Under the pieces are notes generated by a model, which was given only the letters and a program-made list of their open reading frames with translations, was not told the origin of the DNA and did not search any database. This document shows positions 26,871 through 39,018 of a DNA stretch of 64,000 bases, one piece after another (positions within the stretch are counted from its first letter, which is position 1; each line of letters starts with the position of its first letter). The position numbers and the translations under genes are program-made. The stretch is from Podarcis gaigeae (lineage: Eukaryota): NCBI GenBank assembly GCA_964106915.2, contig OZ066929.1. One strand, given 5' to 3'.

Positions 26871-29800
26871 TATGGCTGCTTATGAAGCCAGGGTGAGGTT
26901 GTGGTGTTTTTCCTGGGGCTCCCAAGATGTGCTAAAGTGGGAGAAGGAGTCTCCGCACGTTCCCTGCTGTGGCTCTGAAGAGAACCCAAGCCTCTAAAGC
27001 AAGCAAGTTAAATAAAGGCGCCTTATCACCCAGGGCAGGTGAAGCGGTGGATGGGCACAGAATCTGGTTTCACCTCCTGGCGGCGAAGCCCAGAGGCCAG
27101 CCGTGGGCGCACTCAGCCCCCTTGACAGAGGAGCCCTTTCAGCTCCGTTTAGATTGGAAAAGGGCCCCCGGCAGAGCTAAGCCAAAGTTCCTGCAGGACC
27201 TTTTTAACTGGGCTCGGAGCACAATTGGCCTTTCAGGTGAGGCGTGAGCTGTGGAGGGAAGAAAAACACCGCACTTTCCAGGGAGCCTGGTGAGAGGGAA
27301 AACAAGGGAGCAACTGGAAGGGGCCAGCTGGTTGGCAGAGCAGAGAGCCTCCTCAGCTGGTGGGGGGGGGGCGCTGGCGAGGAAATTGAGCTCTAAGGTA
27401 AAAAACGCAGCAGGCTGCCTCAAAGGATTCTGCAAGCTTGGTCTGGCTCTGTCCTGCAGCGTTTTTTACAGCTCTAGGGATTCTTTTTGGGGGGTGGGGG
27501 TGCGCTTTGCATACAAAGCAGTGTATAAGGGGAATGGCTCAGGTTGACCTTCCTGCCCAATTTAGCTCTCACAGCTGCTAGAATTACTAAGGCTGCTGCT
27601 GCTGCTGCACACAGGAATACTGAGAGGCCTCTCAGCACAGCCTCAGCAAGGGAGTGGGGTGGGGTGGGGGGTTGATGTAGCTGAAAAAAACCAAGGCCCG
27701 TCCCACCAGGGGGTGCCTTGTGCCAGCAGCCAGGGGTCAGCTGCACACGCTCCGGCCTGACTCGGAGCCCCCTGTTTATTCCTCATTTTATTAATAACGC
27801 ACAGGAAGAGTGGAAGAAAAGGGCCTCCCTGAGTTGCCAGAGGTGGCAGGAAAGCAAGGCTGGCAGAATTAAGTGGTCTCTTTGTGCAGGAGCAGCAAAC
27901 CAGAGGACTGGGTGCCCCTTTTCATGGCCTCTTCTCACCTCCAAAGGTCTTTTAAGAGAAAGAAGTTCCACTTCAGGGCTGGGGAACCAGGAATCAGACT
28001 TTACCTTTTTGCTCCAGGTGCAAAAATGTCCAAGCTTGCTAGCTATTTCAGGAGAGCAGGAAAATGCTCCTGAATACTAGTTGCTGGAAACCACAGGAGG
28101 GGAGAGGGCTCTTGTTCTCTGGTCCCGCTTGCTGGTATTCACAAGGGACATGTGGTCAGCCTCTGTGAGAACAGGACGTTGGACTAGAAGGGCCCCTGGC
28201 CTGATCCAGGAAGGCTCTTCTTAGGTTCTCAACACAGAGTTTTGCAACTGCTTTAGGAGTGCAAAGTCCATCTGCCCCATTCCTTAGAAGACCACCTCTG
28301 TTTGGAGCCAACGTAATAGCAAATCCCTGGAGGGATGCACAAAGACCCTTGCCATAGCATTTTGGAACCTACGCCTCTTTGAAATTGTTGCCTTCCTCTT
28401 GTCACAAGTTCTGGACCCAGGAAACAGCCACAGACAGGACTTTCACCTTGTGAGAATTCAGCTTATCAGGTGGTATAGAAACAGTTTTAATAAATAAACA
28501 AATTACCACGTTGAGGTTTGTTGGTGTTGTTGTTTTTTACAATTAAGTGGTATATAAATTTCATGAAACAAACAAACAAATCTTGCTCCCAAAGAGTCCA
28601 AAGATTTCACACTTCCACAATTCAGAAAGTTGCACAAGAACCTTGATGCTGAAAGCAAGAACATTTGGGGTCCATCTTGGCTAATGATGGACCTCTTACA
28701 TTCCAGGGTCCAGCAGAAACTGGGCAGCTGAGAGGCACTCTGCCCATACTCAGGGAACCTCTATCTTCCTTCTTAGGCCCCACATTTCAGAGAGCAGTTT
28801 GGACCATTCCCAGGGACTGGGATACATGGTATGGAAACATGCTCTGTATTCTGTGCAGTTGGAAAGCTCTGTGGTTGATGCAGCTTCAGGAAACTCTTTA
28901 CACTGGTATCTGGACCCCCGTTTTGCTTCTGTGCAATTCAGGTAACTAGGAAATGTAAGAGGTCCCTTTGCTTAGCACACAATTGCCACTAGGCTCTCTT
29001 ATACCTCCGCCCTCCTGCTTCTGCCCCAGAGTCTCTTTCTGATCACCTCTTTCTTTCCCTGCCCCACAGCATTGTTCCCAGGTGCTGCTGGAGCCGCTGC
29101 TGCCTCTTGTTTACCTGTCCTGCCACCTGCCTGTCCGCAGAGAACCTGATCTCTGCAGGGCAGCCTAGCGTTGCTTCCAAAGCTGTCCTCGCAGCTCAGC
29201 TTTCCTTCCCAGTGCCAGGACGTTACAGGAAATGCCAGTGAGCTTAACACGCCCCCTGGCATAAAAATAACGGCAGCTTGGATTTATGGCTGGCAGAGCT
29301 GCAAAATCCTGCACTCGGTTCTCCTCTCATTGGGCTGAGGGGACAGAGAACCACCTGAGCTGCCTGGAGCTGCCCTAATGTGTCCATTCTGCAGCCAGGA
29401 TAACCCTTTCAGGCCACATGCTGCATCCCACATTAACCCTTGGAGTTGCTGCAACGCTGCGGCTGAGAGAATGAGCTGTGAACCAAGAACAAAGGGGGCT
29501 GCCTTATACCGCGTCAGACCATTGGTCCATCTAGCTCAGTATTGTCCACTCTGACTGGCAGTGCCTCTTTGGGGTTTCCCAGAAGCACTCGACTTCCCCT
29601 GTTGGACACAGACATTTTGCCCGGAAGGGCCAATGGAGTGGCTTGGGTCCAGCAAAGCAGGAGCTTTGTTCTGCAATATTTGGAGTTGAGCTGGGTAGCC
29701 ATTCTGTGACTGTCAGGAGCCTCTCTCTGGCAGGCAGGAAATTCAATGGTGCAGTTTTTCCTACCCCAGGTATCTTTTTTTTTGGGGGGGGGGAGCTTCT

Positions 29801-29949
29801 CTGTTTGTTTTATGTGGCACAGAACAAAGCTGATGAGGCAGCAAATCTCAGCTCTGCCTGGAATGTGTGCTTGTTTCTCAAAGGTTTATCTTGCATATGC
29901 TGTAGGATGGGGTGGTGGTAGAGGACTGCACTGTTGGAAGTTGGAAGAG

Positions 29950-30150
29950 TGAGTTTGTTTAATTGCATTTCTATCCCACCTTTTCATCCAAGGAGCTTAA
30001 AGAAGCATACATAGTTGTCCCCCGCATTTTCTCCCCACAACAACCCTGTGAGGTAGGCTAGGCAGAGAGGCAGTGACTGGCCCCCAAGGTCACACCCAGG
30101 GAGCTTCATGGCTGAGTGGATATTTGAACCCTAGTCTCCTAGCTCCTAGC
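29950..30150 (-). mobile_element. MIR/CORE-like squamate SINE (Squam3-like)
   Basis: acaaccctgtgaggtagg...gtgactggccc..aaggtcac...ttcatggctgagtgg..atttgaacc; second copy at about 34775-34960. Confidence 0.7.
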
Positions 30151-31455
30151 TGACACTCTAAACACACACACACACCCCTGCAGTCCAGCCCACAGTCTTG
30201 GAGCTGAGAGGTTGCCATTGTGTTCTGCTGCATATGAAGACCAGGCCACAGAGCCCTCCAGCTCTTTTGGACCACCTGACCCAGCCAGCACAGCTGTAGC
30301 TGTGAATTGTGCATTGCACAGGACTGGGCTAAAGGACCCTTTGGGTCCTTTCAGCTCTACAATTATATACGTAATCCTGTGAGATACTGGGACCAATTGG
30401 AGTACACAGCCATGCTGCCCAGGGGCTGATGGGAGTTGTAGTCCGAAAGAGCAGGAGGGCACCTGACTGCCCCATATTATTGTGGCTTTGCCTTGCCTTC
30501 TGGGTTTGGGATCCTTGCTTTCTCTTCCTTCCTCCTCCCTCCTTCTCTGCATAAGCTTGCTGGCTCCTCACAGAGCACTGCCTCTGGTAGTAGCCCTTTG
30601 AAACTTGAACCCTTCCCAGCCTCTCTCTCCATCTATTTCTGTGAAATTCCAGGGGAAGATAAATTTATCTCCCAAGGATCAATCTGAACAAGTTCTTCCA
30701 CCTCAGCTAGAGCTCCCTTGCTATGAGCATGATGGATGCAGCTCAAGCTGGGGCAGGTGCAGACATTTCTGGAGGGGCAAAGCTCCTCCCTAGAGGCAGG
30801 TTTGGGCTGCTAGGGATCTGGAGTGCCATCACAGGCATTCATTCAGGGGCTGGCTTGACTGGGGTCCCTACAGCCCATCCCACCAACTTTATCCATCTGC
30901 CCAACTCTTGTCCACCAAGTTGGAGCAGCCAGGCTCCTCCTTCCCCTGCAGACTCAACAAATCTTTGGCATCAATCAGTGTTGGCCAAGTGTAAGTCATA
31001 GGAACCAGCCTTGTGCTGAGTCAGACTTGCGCTGAGCCTTGTGCTGAGTCAGAATGACTCTACCCTGGCTGGCAGCAATGGCTCTCCATTGAGGTCCTTT
31101 GGCCAACCCTACCTGGAGATGCTGCCAGGGACTGAACCTGGGACCTTCTGCATGCGAAACAGCTTCTCTGCCACTGGGTTGCTGCCAATCCCTGTTAAGT
31201 CAGGAGAGCAGGCAGAGGGTGTAGCCAGGGGGCTGGCCAAAAACAGGAAGATGGAGAAGGATGGGATGGCTTTTCTCTGCTTTATATCCTGTCTCAGATG
31301 GGACATTTGAAGGCCTTGCAGCATAAAGTCATTGCAAGTTTGTTCCAATGGATATGTAAAATGCAGGGGTCCTCCCGCATTATCATTACCTCTTGGGATG
31401 CCTGGCCCAGAGTCCTCTCCCCCCTTGTTTTGTTGGCATCCATCTGTGTTGAGAG

Positions 31456-31803
31456 GGATGCGGGTGGCGCTGTGGGTTAAACCACAGAGCCTAGGACTTG
31501 CCGATCTGAAGGTTGGCGGTTCGAATCCCCGCAATGGGGTGAGCTCCCAATGCTCGGTCCCTGCTCCTGCCAACCTAGCAGTTCAAAAGCACATCAAAGT
31601 GCAAGTAGATAAATAGGTACCGCTCCAGTGGGAAGGTAAATGGCATTTCCGTGTGCTGCTCTGGTTCGCCAGAAGCGGCTTAGTCATGCTGGCCACATGA
31701 CCCGGAAGCTGTACGCCGGCTCCCTCGGCCAATAAAGCGAGATGAGTGCTGCAACCCCAGAGTCGTCCGCAACTGTACCTGATGGTCAGGGGTCCCTTTA
31801 CCT
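31456..31803 (+). mobile_element. Full-length Sauria SINE with 14-bp TSD (1 mismatch)
   Basis: Closely similar to the 6122 copy; atctgt(g/c)ttgagag flanks at 31442-31455 and 31804-31817. Confidence 0.9.
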
Positions 31804-34774
31804 ATCTGTCTTGAGAGACAATGAAGTGTGGCTCGGGGGGGGGGGGTCAAACTGCTGCATTACCAGCACTGAAGTGACCTCCCTGGGGCACAGTGTATAT
31901 GGAGGTCCTGGGCTGCCCAGATTACAGCCTCGCTGCTGTGGTCCAAAGGAAGTCAAAGCAATATGTTTGGCGCTAGCTTGGCTGCAGGAATTGCCAGAAG
32001 GAGGCATGCAAGGCACAATCTTAGGGACTCCACTCTGTATTTATTATTCCTTAGTCTCCCGAAGGCATCCCAAAAGGTAGCGGAGGTTTAGGACTAGAGT
32101 TTTTCTTCTCCTAGATGAGCTACCTTCCCAGGTTGATAAGCCCCATCTGCCCCTCACTTCCCTCTACAGCACATTCAGACACCACCTTCTTGGCCACTGG
32201 GCTCACCACTGGTCTCGTCGCTCAATGTTCTGAAGCCTGTCTTCGCATGCAGAGGAAGCCTCTAACTTCCAAGGATTTGAGACCCGTTGGCTATCTTCCC
32301 CTGGTTTACCATAGTTGGTCAGTCAAAACCGTTCCTGGGATGTGCCCCCTGTCTCATGCTGACAGCTCTTAGGAGCCACAGGCGAGTGCAGGGTGGGGAC
32401 CAAACTACCCCAGAAGAAGCACAAAGTGTTCTCCAGAAGAGGTACCACCCTTCCCCTAACACCCCATACACCCCACCCCACCCTCTTATTCATAGGTGCT
32501 CGCTCTTCCTGGCATTCTGTTGCTTGCCACTATGCTCTCATTGGAAAACATGGGAAGCTGTCTTATACTGAGTCCGACTCTTGGAGTCTTTCTTGCTCAG
32601 CATTGTCTGCACTGACTGGCAGCAGCTTTCCAAGGTCTCTTTCAGCCCTATCTGGAAATGCTGTCAGGGAGACTGAAGCTCCTGTATGCAAGGCAGCTGA
32701 GCTGCAGCCTTTCCATCCTTTGGTTCTGGCCTTCTGGTACCTCTTCTGCTTGTACTGTGCTATTGCCTCCCTCTTTTCCTTCCTCCCACCAATATTCCTC
32801 AGGACACTGTCAAAAGGGGGCAAAGAGCAGGGCTGGATAACACAAGGGCCTCAGTCTGCAGGCTTGCTGGAGGCAGATGGAAGAGGCTCGGCCTCCTTCC
32901 TCTCAACTCCAACGCATGGCTCTGCCGGGATGCCTCCCGGTCCAATCCTCCCTCCTTTCCGCGTGCAGGTTTCCAAGCCCAGCCGGCAGGGAGGAAGTGA
33001 GCTGCTGCACAGGCGCCAGGAACCACAGTCTCCCGGCTTCCTGAGATACAGCCTTGCCTGCGTCTGCTGCCCCTTCCATCCCAAAAGGACTCTGGGCAGG
33101 CTCCCCATCTGAGTTCTATGCCTCCTTTCTTCTGTCTATTGATATTGGAATCCCTTCCAGGGCTACGAAGAAAGGTGATCTGTCCCTCCGCCGAGAGCAT
33201 TTTGCCTTTCCCCGAAAGACTTCCAAGCCTGGCGAAGGGAGGGTTGCCGATGGGAAAGGGGCCATTTCAGCAAGCAAAAAACTGGGCTGCTCCCCTGAGA
33301 CAGGTTGTACATGCAGCCAGGACCCTCTCTAGAGCACCTTTTCCCAACCTGAAGTTCTCCAGATACTTTGGACTGCAACCCTATCAGCCCCAAGGCAATG
33401 ATTTGCCTGTGCAGCAGTTAAATGGCAAGGAACATCATCCATCCTGCACTCATCCTGACTTGCTTGCAAGGTGCTTATATGTCTCCCTGTTTGTCCCACA
33501 CTTTTTAAATGCTTGATGGTCTGGAGGCAACCTTTGTCTTCAAAGGTTGAGCTGGTTTCAGGGGCTCTGAAAAGCTGCTTCTGGAAACAGCCTCTGAGTG
33601 GTGAGATAGAGATGGACGATGACGTGAAAAGCAAGTGTGTAAAAGAAGGAGTGTCAACAAGTGAGGCTGGTCACACTCAGGCCCTGGTACAGTCCAGGAG
33701 CCCTTGCTGCCCCTCTTTTCCCTGCAAGCCCCGCAGCTCATCCTGCCACCCACCACCCTTTTAGAGGGTTACTAGGTCTGGTTGGGGCCTCCTGGTGTTG
33801 TCCCAGCAGCCAGGATGTGTCTGGAGATGTGTGCCAGCAGCCATAGGGCCAGCTTACTTCTGAGATGGCTCCTGCCTAAGGATAGGGCAACTCACATAGG
33901 AGCAGAGACAGTTAACATTTGGAGCCAGATGAAAAGGGTTAGTAGCCTGGCAGCAAGCAAGGGAGGGGGGGCCAGCAACCTCCCTCAGCCTTGGGTTCCT
34001 ACCCCCCACCCATGCATTTGGGGAGCAGCCCCTTTGAAAGGGTCCCAAGGGGATGTGTTGCGTATGAATGATGATGGTCCACCACTCCGTGCCTTGCCTG
34101 ATAGCCTGGCTTGCGAGTTTAAAAGCGCACATTGACTCTGAAAGCCACATGATTACTCTTGGGCAAGCCTTGGTACCTCTGGCCAAGAGCAACAGTTTTA
34201 CATATTAAAGCTAAATTAAATTAAAAGGCATGCATTTTGTGTTTGTGTGTCGTCAGGAGCCTGTTAACTCTTGCCTGCCTCAGCAACGCACAACTTTCAG
34301 AGATGGGCAGAGAGGGTTGGTCTCCGGCAGCTAGAACATCAAAGACTGACTAGTGGAAGCACTTTCTCACTCTAGTCCGTGGAAGTTTATGCCATTGTTA
34401 CATGCATGGCAGCCTCCAGAGTGAATAGTGGTTTTCAGGGGTCCCAGCACATTCCCCGGGGTGGTTTCCTTTGAATGATGTCACTGGAGAGACTTGCAGT
34501 ATTTCTGTGATGCAGTCCAGCAGCTTCCTAGGGAAACATCCAATAGCCTCAGAGAACCTGTCAGGACACTGTGGCTCCAGAAGTGCTCGTCTGCTGCCCT
34601 CTTCAATATACACATAGGCAACTCAGAATCATAGAATTGGAAATGATCCTAAGGGTCATCTAGTCCAACCCCCTGCAATGCAGCACTCCAGGGATACTGT
34701 CTGACAGACCTGACATATTTTGCCATCTCTATTTATTTAATTCCTGTGGCAATATACTGCCCTGGCTTATTAGT

Positions 34775-34960
34775 TTATTAATCACATTTATATCCCACCT
34801 TTTCTTCCCCTCCCAAAAGGTCAAGGTGGCTTATGTGATTCTCTCCTTTTCCCCATTTTATCCTCACAATAACCCTCTGAGGTAGGCTTAAGCCCAGAGA
34901 CAGTGATTGGCCTTTTAGTATCATGGCTGAGTGGAGATTTGAACCTGGGTCTCCCACGTT
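34775..34960 (-). mobile_element. MIR/CORE-like squamate SINE (Squam3-like)
   Basis: atcctcacaataaccctctgaggtagg...catggctgagtggagatttgaacctgggtctcc. Confidence 0.7.
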
Positions 34961-36429
34961 CAGCCCCAGGGCAGCCAACATGACACCCTCCAGATGTGGA
35001 TGGGCTCTTATAAGTCCCATTCATTCCAGCATGGCCAAGGGGGATGGGAAGTTTTGCAGTCCAGCAACATCTGCAGGGGACCAAGTTAGCTACCCCTGCT
35101 GAAACCACAGCATGCTCCGAGGCTTTGAAACTCCCTCCCTAGCGAAGTCAGACTGGCTCCCTCCTTGCTATCCTTCTGCCAGCAAGTGAAGACAGGCCTT
35201 TGGGAACTGACTGTGTTGGTTTTTAAGGAAAGGACTTTTAATACCGCTGCTCTGCTTCTATTCTCTGCATTTTAATTTTTTAATTGCTTTAATTCTGTTA
35301 AGAGTTTAATTACTTTTTAATGGTTATCTTTTATACGTGCTTAGCTTTTAGTATTTCTTCTGTGTTGCTTTAAGGCAACTTGAGTCCCTGTCTGTGGAAA
35401 AGGAATAATAATTAATTAATTGTGGTTTTCCAATCCCCCCCCCCCAAAAAAATAGTGTTTATCTTTGCAATGTTATCTTCATTGCATGAAGTACCCAGGA
35501 ATGTTTTTGGACCCACTTTTTTCAGCAGGACAGAATGACTTTATCCATCCCACCTAATCCATGGGATGGCGCCATATTTGAATCTGACGGGAGAAGGCGA
35601 GAGAAAAGCAGGTCCTCAGTTGCTCCCCAGCATCAGGTGCCCTAGGTGCTTTCAAAAGATTGCCCTGCCCACCTGCCAGCTCGCTTACTCAGCTCCCTGC
35701 TTGACTTGCAGATTTCCGAATAAACAGCTTATAACAAAAGGTGTCCTTGGTCTCCATTGTTCTCTCTCTTCAAGGAAACTGCATTCCCCTGAACTGAGAT
35801 GTTGCCTTTTTGTGTGCCTGTGGAATGGACACCACAGGATCTCTGACAGCTGCCATAGTCACTCAACCAGGCTTTGAAATCAACGTAGCCGGACATGTTT
35901 CTCTGGGGTCCGTCCAACAGGCAGAGATGCCTTTGCTGCTGGTAGCACAGGCAATGAAAGGATGCTCCCTCTCTCTTCCCCTGTGGGAGATCCACTTATT
36001 TTTGTGGTACTTTTTAATGTGCTATTTCAAGACAGAAGTAATGGCACAAAGCAGTTGAATCCAGAGCGCAAACAGACTTCTTGACTTTCTGCCATCTGTG
36101 GAATTGTGGGACCCAGACTCAAAACGATACAGCTTCTGCCATCTCACCAAAATGTTGAGTGAAAGGGTATCTCACAGCCTCACAAGTTTGGATTTTAGGC
36201 CACATCTGAGGTTTTCTGGTGAGGCTGGACCACGGAGGCACCTGAAAAATCAGTGTGATGATGGGGATGGCTGAAACCAGAGTTTCCCCAACCCCAGCAT
36301 TTTGAAGTGCTCAAGTGTGATTTAGTGGAAATTGTGAGGCATTTCAGTTTAGCATTAACCTACCAATTTAATATTTGGTGCCTTTTATTTGTAAAGGTCC
36401 AGATTTCAGCATGGGTAGTCAAATAGTCA

Positions 36430-36507
36430 GCCTGGATAGCTCCGATGGTTAGAGCGTGGAGCGGATAATGCCAAGGTTGCAGGTTCAATCCCCATATGGG
36501 ACAGCTG
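36430..36507 (+). mobile_element. tRNA-derived SINE head
   Basis: tagctccgatggttagagcgtgg...ccaaggttgcaggttcaatcccc has A and B boxes but no intact cloverleaf. Confidence 0.6.
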
Positions 36508-36637
36508 AGCTATTGCTTGGATTAGAGCTGCCAAACGTCCAGATTTTCCCAGACATTACCGGGATTTCAACGTGGGGGGGGGGCGCGTCTGAAAAGTGGC
36601 TCCTTGATTTGGATCTTAGGCAATCCAATTTAAAAAC

Positions 36638-36749
36638 AAAATAAAAAAATTCCTTCCAGTAGCACCTTAGAGACCTACTAAGTTTAAACTAAGTTTATAA
36701 TTTTTTTATTTTGTTTCAACTATGGCAGACCAACACGGCTACCTACCTG
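36638..36749. mobile_element. Penelope-like fragment with inverted halves, 12-bp TSD
   Basis: The same family sequence as 8372 is present in both orientations; caatttaaaaac at 36626-36637 and 36750-36761. Confidence 0.7.
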
Positions 36750-38499
36750 CAATTTAAAAACCATGGTCTTTTGGCTCAACAACTTTGGGGTTTGTCTTAA
36801 AAAAGCTCAACAACTTTAAGGGTGTCCTGAAATATGGCAACCCTAGCTTGGGTGTCAACCCACTCTGGAACTATGGAACTCTTTGCTGCAGGAGGCAGTG
36901 ATGGCCACTAACTTAAAAAGAGGACTTGACAAATTCATGGAGGAGAGGGCTATTGATGGCTATTAGCCATGATGGCTGTAAGGGGTGCCAACTTGAATAA
37001 AATAAGGGGGACCAAGTAAGCTCTGTCCCACATAATCACAGTATAGAACCTCCCACACAGTAACCCTGTGCACATGGCAGTGTGTTCCCTTTTCATGCAG
37101 CCATGAGTTCCACAGGCCAGTGTCGCTTTCAGCCTGACACCAACTCAGGAGAGATCCAAGGGCAAGGACTCTGAATCCCTGGAATGACAGGAGCCATGGG
37201 GGGGACCATCTGTGTCACGAGCTGGGTGCAAAATTCCCCCATATCACAGAAGTAAGGCTCTCCTAAGCATCCCCTCAATCAATGCAGCTGTGTTGGGAGG
37301 GGGAGTCACCCATTTTTGCTGGATTATTTGTGTCTAAGAGGAGGAGAAGAAGGCCTGTTAGGGGCAGGCTGGTGATTAAATATTCTGTTTATGATCAGCT
37401 TTTGCTGAGCAGATCCCGGCATCTCCCTGGTTCTTGCCTACGTGTGACACATACATAATAGTCCCAGGCACTTAAACAGAGGCTGTTTCATCTTCAAAGC
37501 CGTTTTCTAAAGATGCCCTAATACATTAAACATGCCCACCCACCCCCTCCCCTTCCCATGGAAAGAGGAACAGCCCTCTGCTTGTCTCCGGCTGTCCTTC
37601 TGATGCAGTCTTCTGCTTCCTGAGGGTCAAGGGGGTCTTTTTAAAAAAGGATCCCAGAGAAAGAGAGACAGAGATCTATTTTGCTGCTTCAAGAGTTCTC
37701 AGAAGGATCCTTGGGCTCACTTAAAGCCTGAGGGGCTGCTTTATAGGGGCTTGCAGAAGCAAAGATTGAGTTTTTTTGTAGATGGAATCAAGTGGTATAT
37801 AAATTTGGTTAATTAAATAAAGACTTAGGGTGGCTTTTGACATGACAGCTGTACCCAAGGAGGTGCATTTGGGTTTCATTCTTGTGCACAAGTTTGCAAG
37901 TCTAGATACCAAGCAGGGGTTTGAATGGCATTCCTGCCCACTTTGTTGCCCAAAATTCCCTGTTGCATTATCTGTGCCCCTTGGGGCAGATCTCTCTAGG
38001 TTTCTGCTGCTACTAGTGGGCTGCCCACCATCTCACCCCTAACACTCCCTGGTTAGCCCCCTAACCTTGCCTCCAACTCTAGGGAAGAAATGGTTCCTGT
38101 CACCATTTGACTTACACCCGTGTAGTGGGACTACTTTATTTCAGGGTCCAAGGTGGCATTTTCCTGTTTGATGCAGTACCACAAATGCCACACAGACCCC
38201 TCCCTAGGTCAGGGGGTGCAAAGTCCCCATGCCTGGCTCCATCATTTGGGCACCCAGGAGAGAGAAAACCCCACAAGCAACTCTCCCTGGGAGTAAAGAG
38301 AGAAGCCAACTCACAATTTGCTCGTTTCTCGTGGCACAACTGGCCAGTTGCCCAAGGAGAGGGCTGGCTCTGGATTAGGAGTACGAAAACTCCAGCCACT
38401 TCCAAAAATTAACTGGGACCCTCGAGGAATCAGCTTGGGGGGCGCCCTTAGAGACAGACACACAAACAACCCACACACTCATACACAAACTGAATCTGG

Positions 38500-39018
38500 T
38501 GCTTTTCGAGACAGGGAGATGAGAGGGAAGGTCGATAGTGCGGGCGGAGCTTCCACTCTGCGTCGACCTGGCTGTGTCTTCGCTCTGCCACTCACACGAT
38601 GCCGCTTCACGTGTCAGGCTCCCGCTCCAATGCCTCTCCCCACCCTTGGCAGCAGCAGAAAGGAAGAAACAACATGGGCTGGCAGGGGCAGAGCAGAGTG
38701 CAAGCCGGCTTGAGGAAGCCGACAGCGCCTCTGAGCCCGTGCAGAGCGCCGGCCCGGCGGGGCTTCCCGGGAGGCGCGCTGCCGGAGCAGCTGCCGCCTC
38801 CCGCTCCTCCTCCTCCCGCGCTCCTCCCCGCGCGGGGTGTGTCCCGCCGGCGCCGGGCCCGCCTCCCGAGGGTGTAGCGGCGCTGCTGGCGCGGCGGAGG
38901 CGCCCACGAGCGGAGCGCCGGCCGTGTGGGCGCACGAGGAGCTGGTGACGCGCCATGCGGTGGCGGTGATCGGGAGCGGCGGCCGGCTCCGTGGTCGTGG
39001 TCGTCGCCGCTGCGAGGC
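38500..39018 (+). promoter_or_regulatory. FZD9 CpG-island promoter / 5'UTR
   Basis: Very GC- and CpG-rich, continuing through the 5' part of the CDS. Confidence 0.75.

Noticed and set aside
32393-33112. 239-aa ORF
   Set aside because: GTG start, overlaps a SINE remnant, and shows no domain or convincing exon signals.
36430-36507. tRNA-like sequence
   Set aside because: Acceptor and anticodon stems are not intact and it continues into repeat sequence, so it is a SINE head, not a tRNA gene.
38926-39018. GTG-initiated 31-aa N-terminal extension of FZD9 in the ORF track
   Set aside because: The signal peptide begins at ATG 39019, which has good Kozak context; the extension is unsupported.
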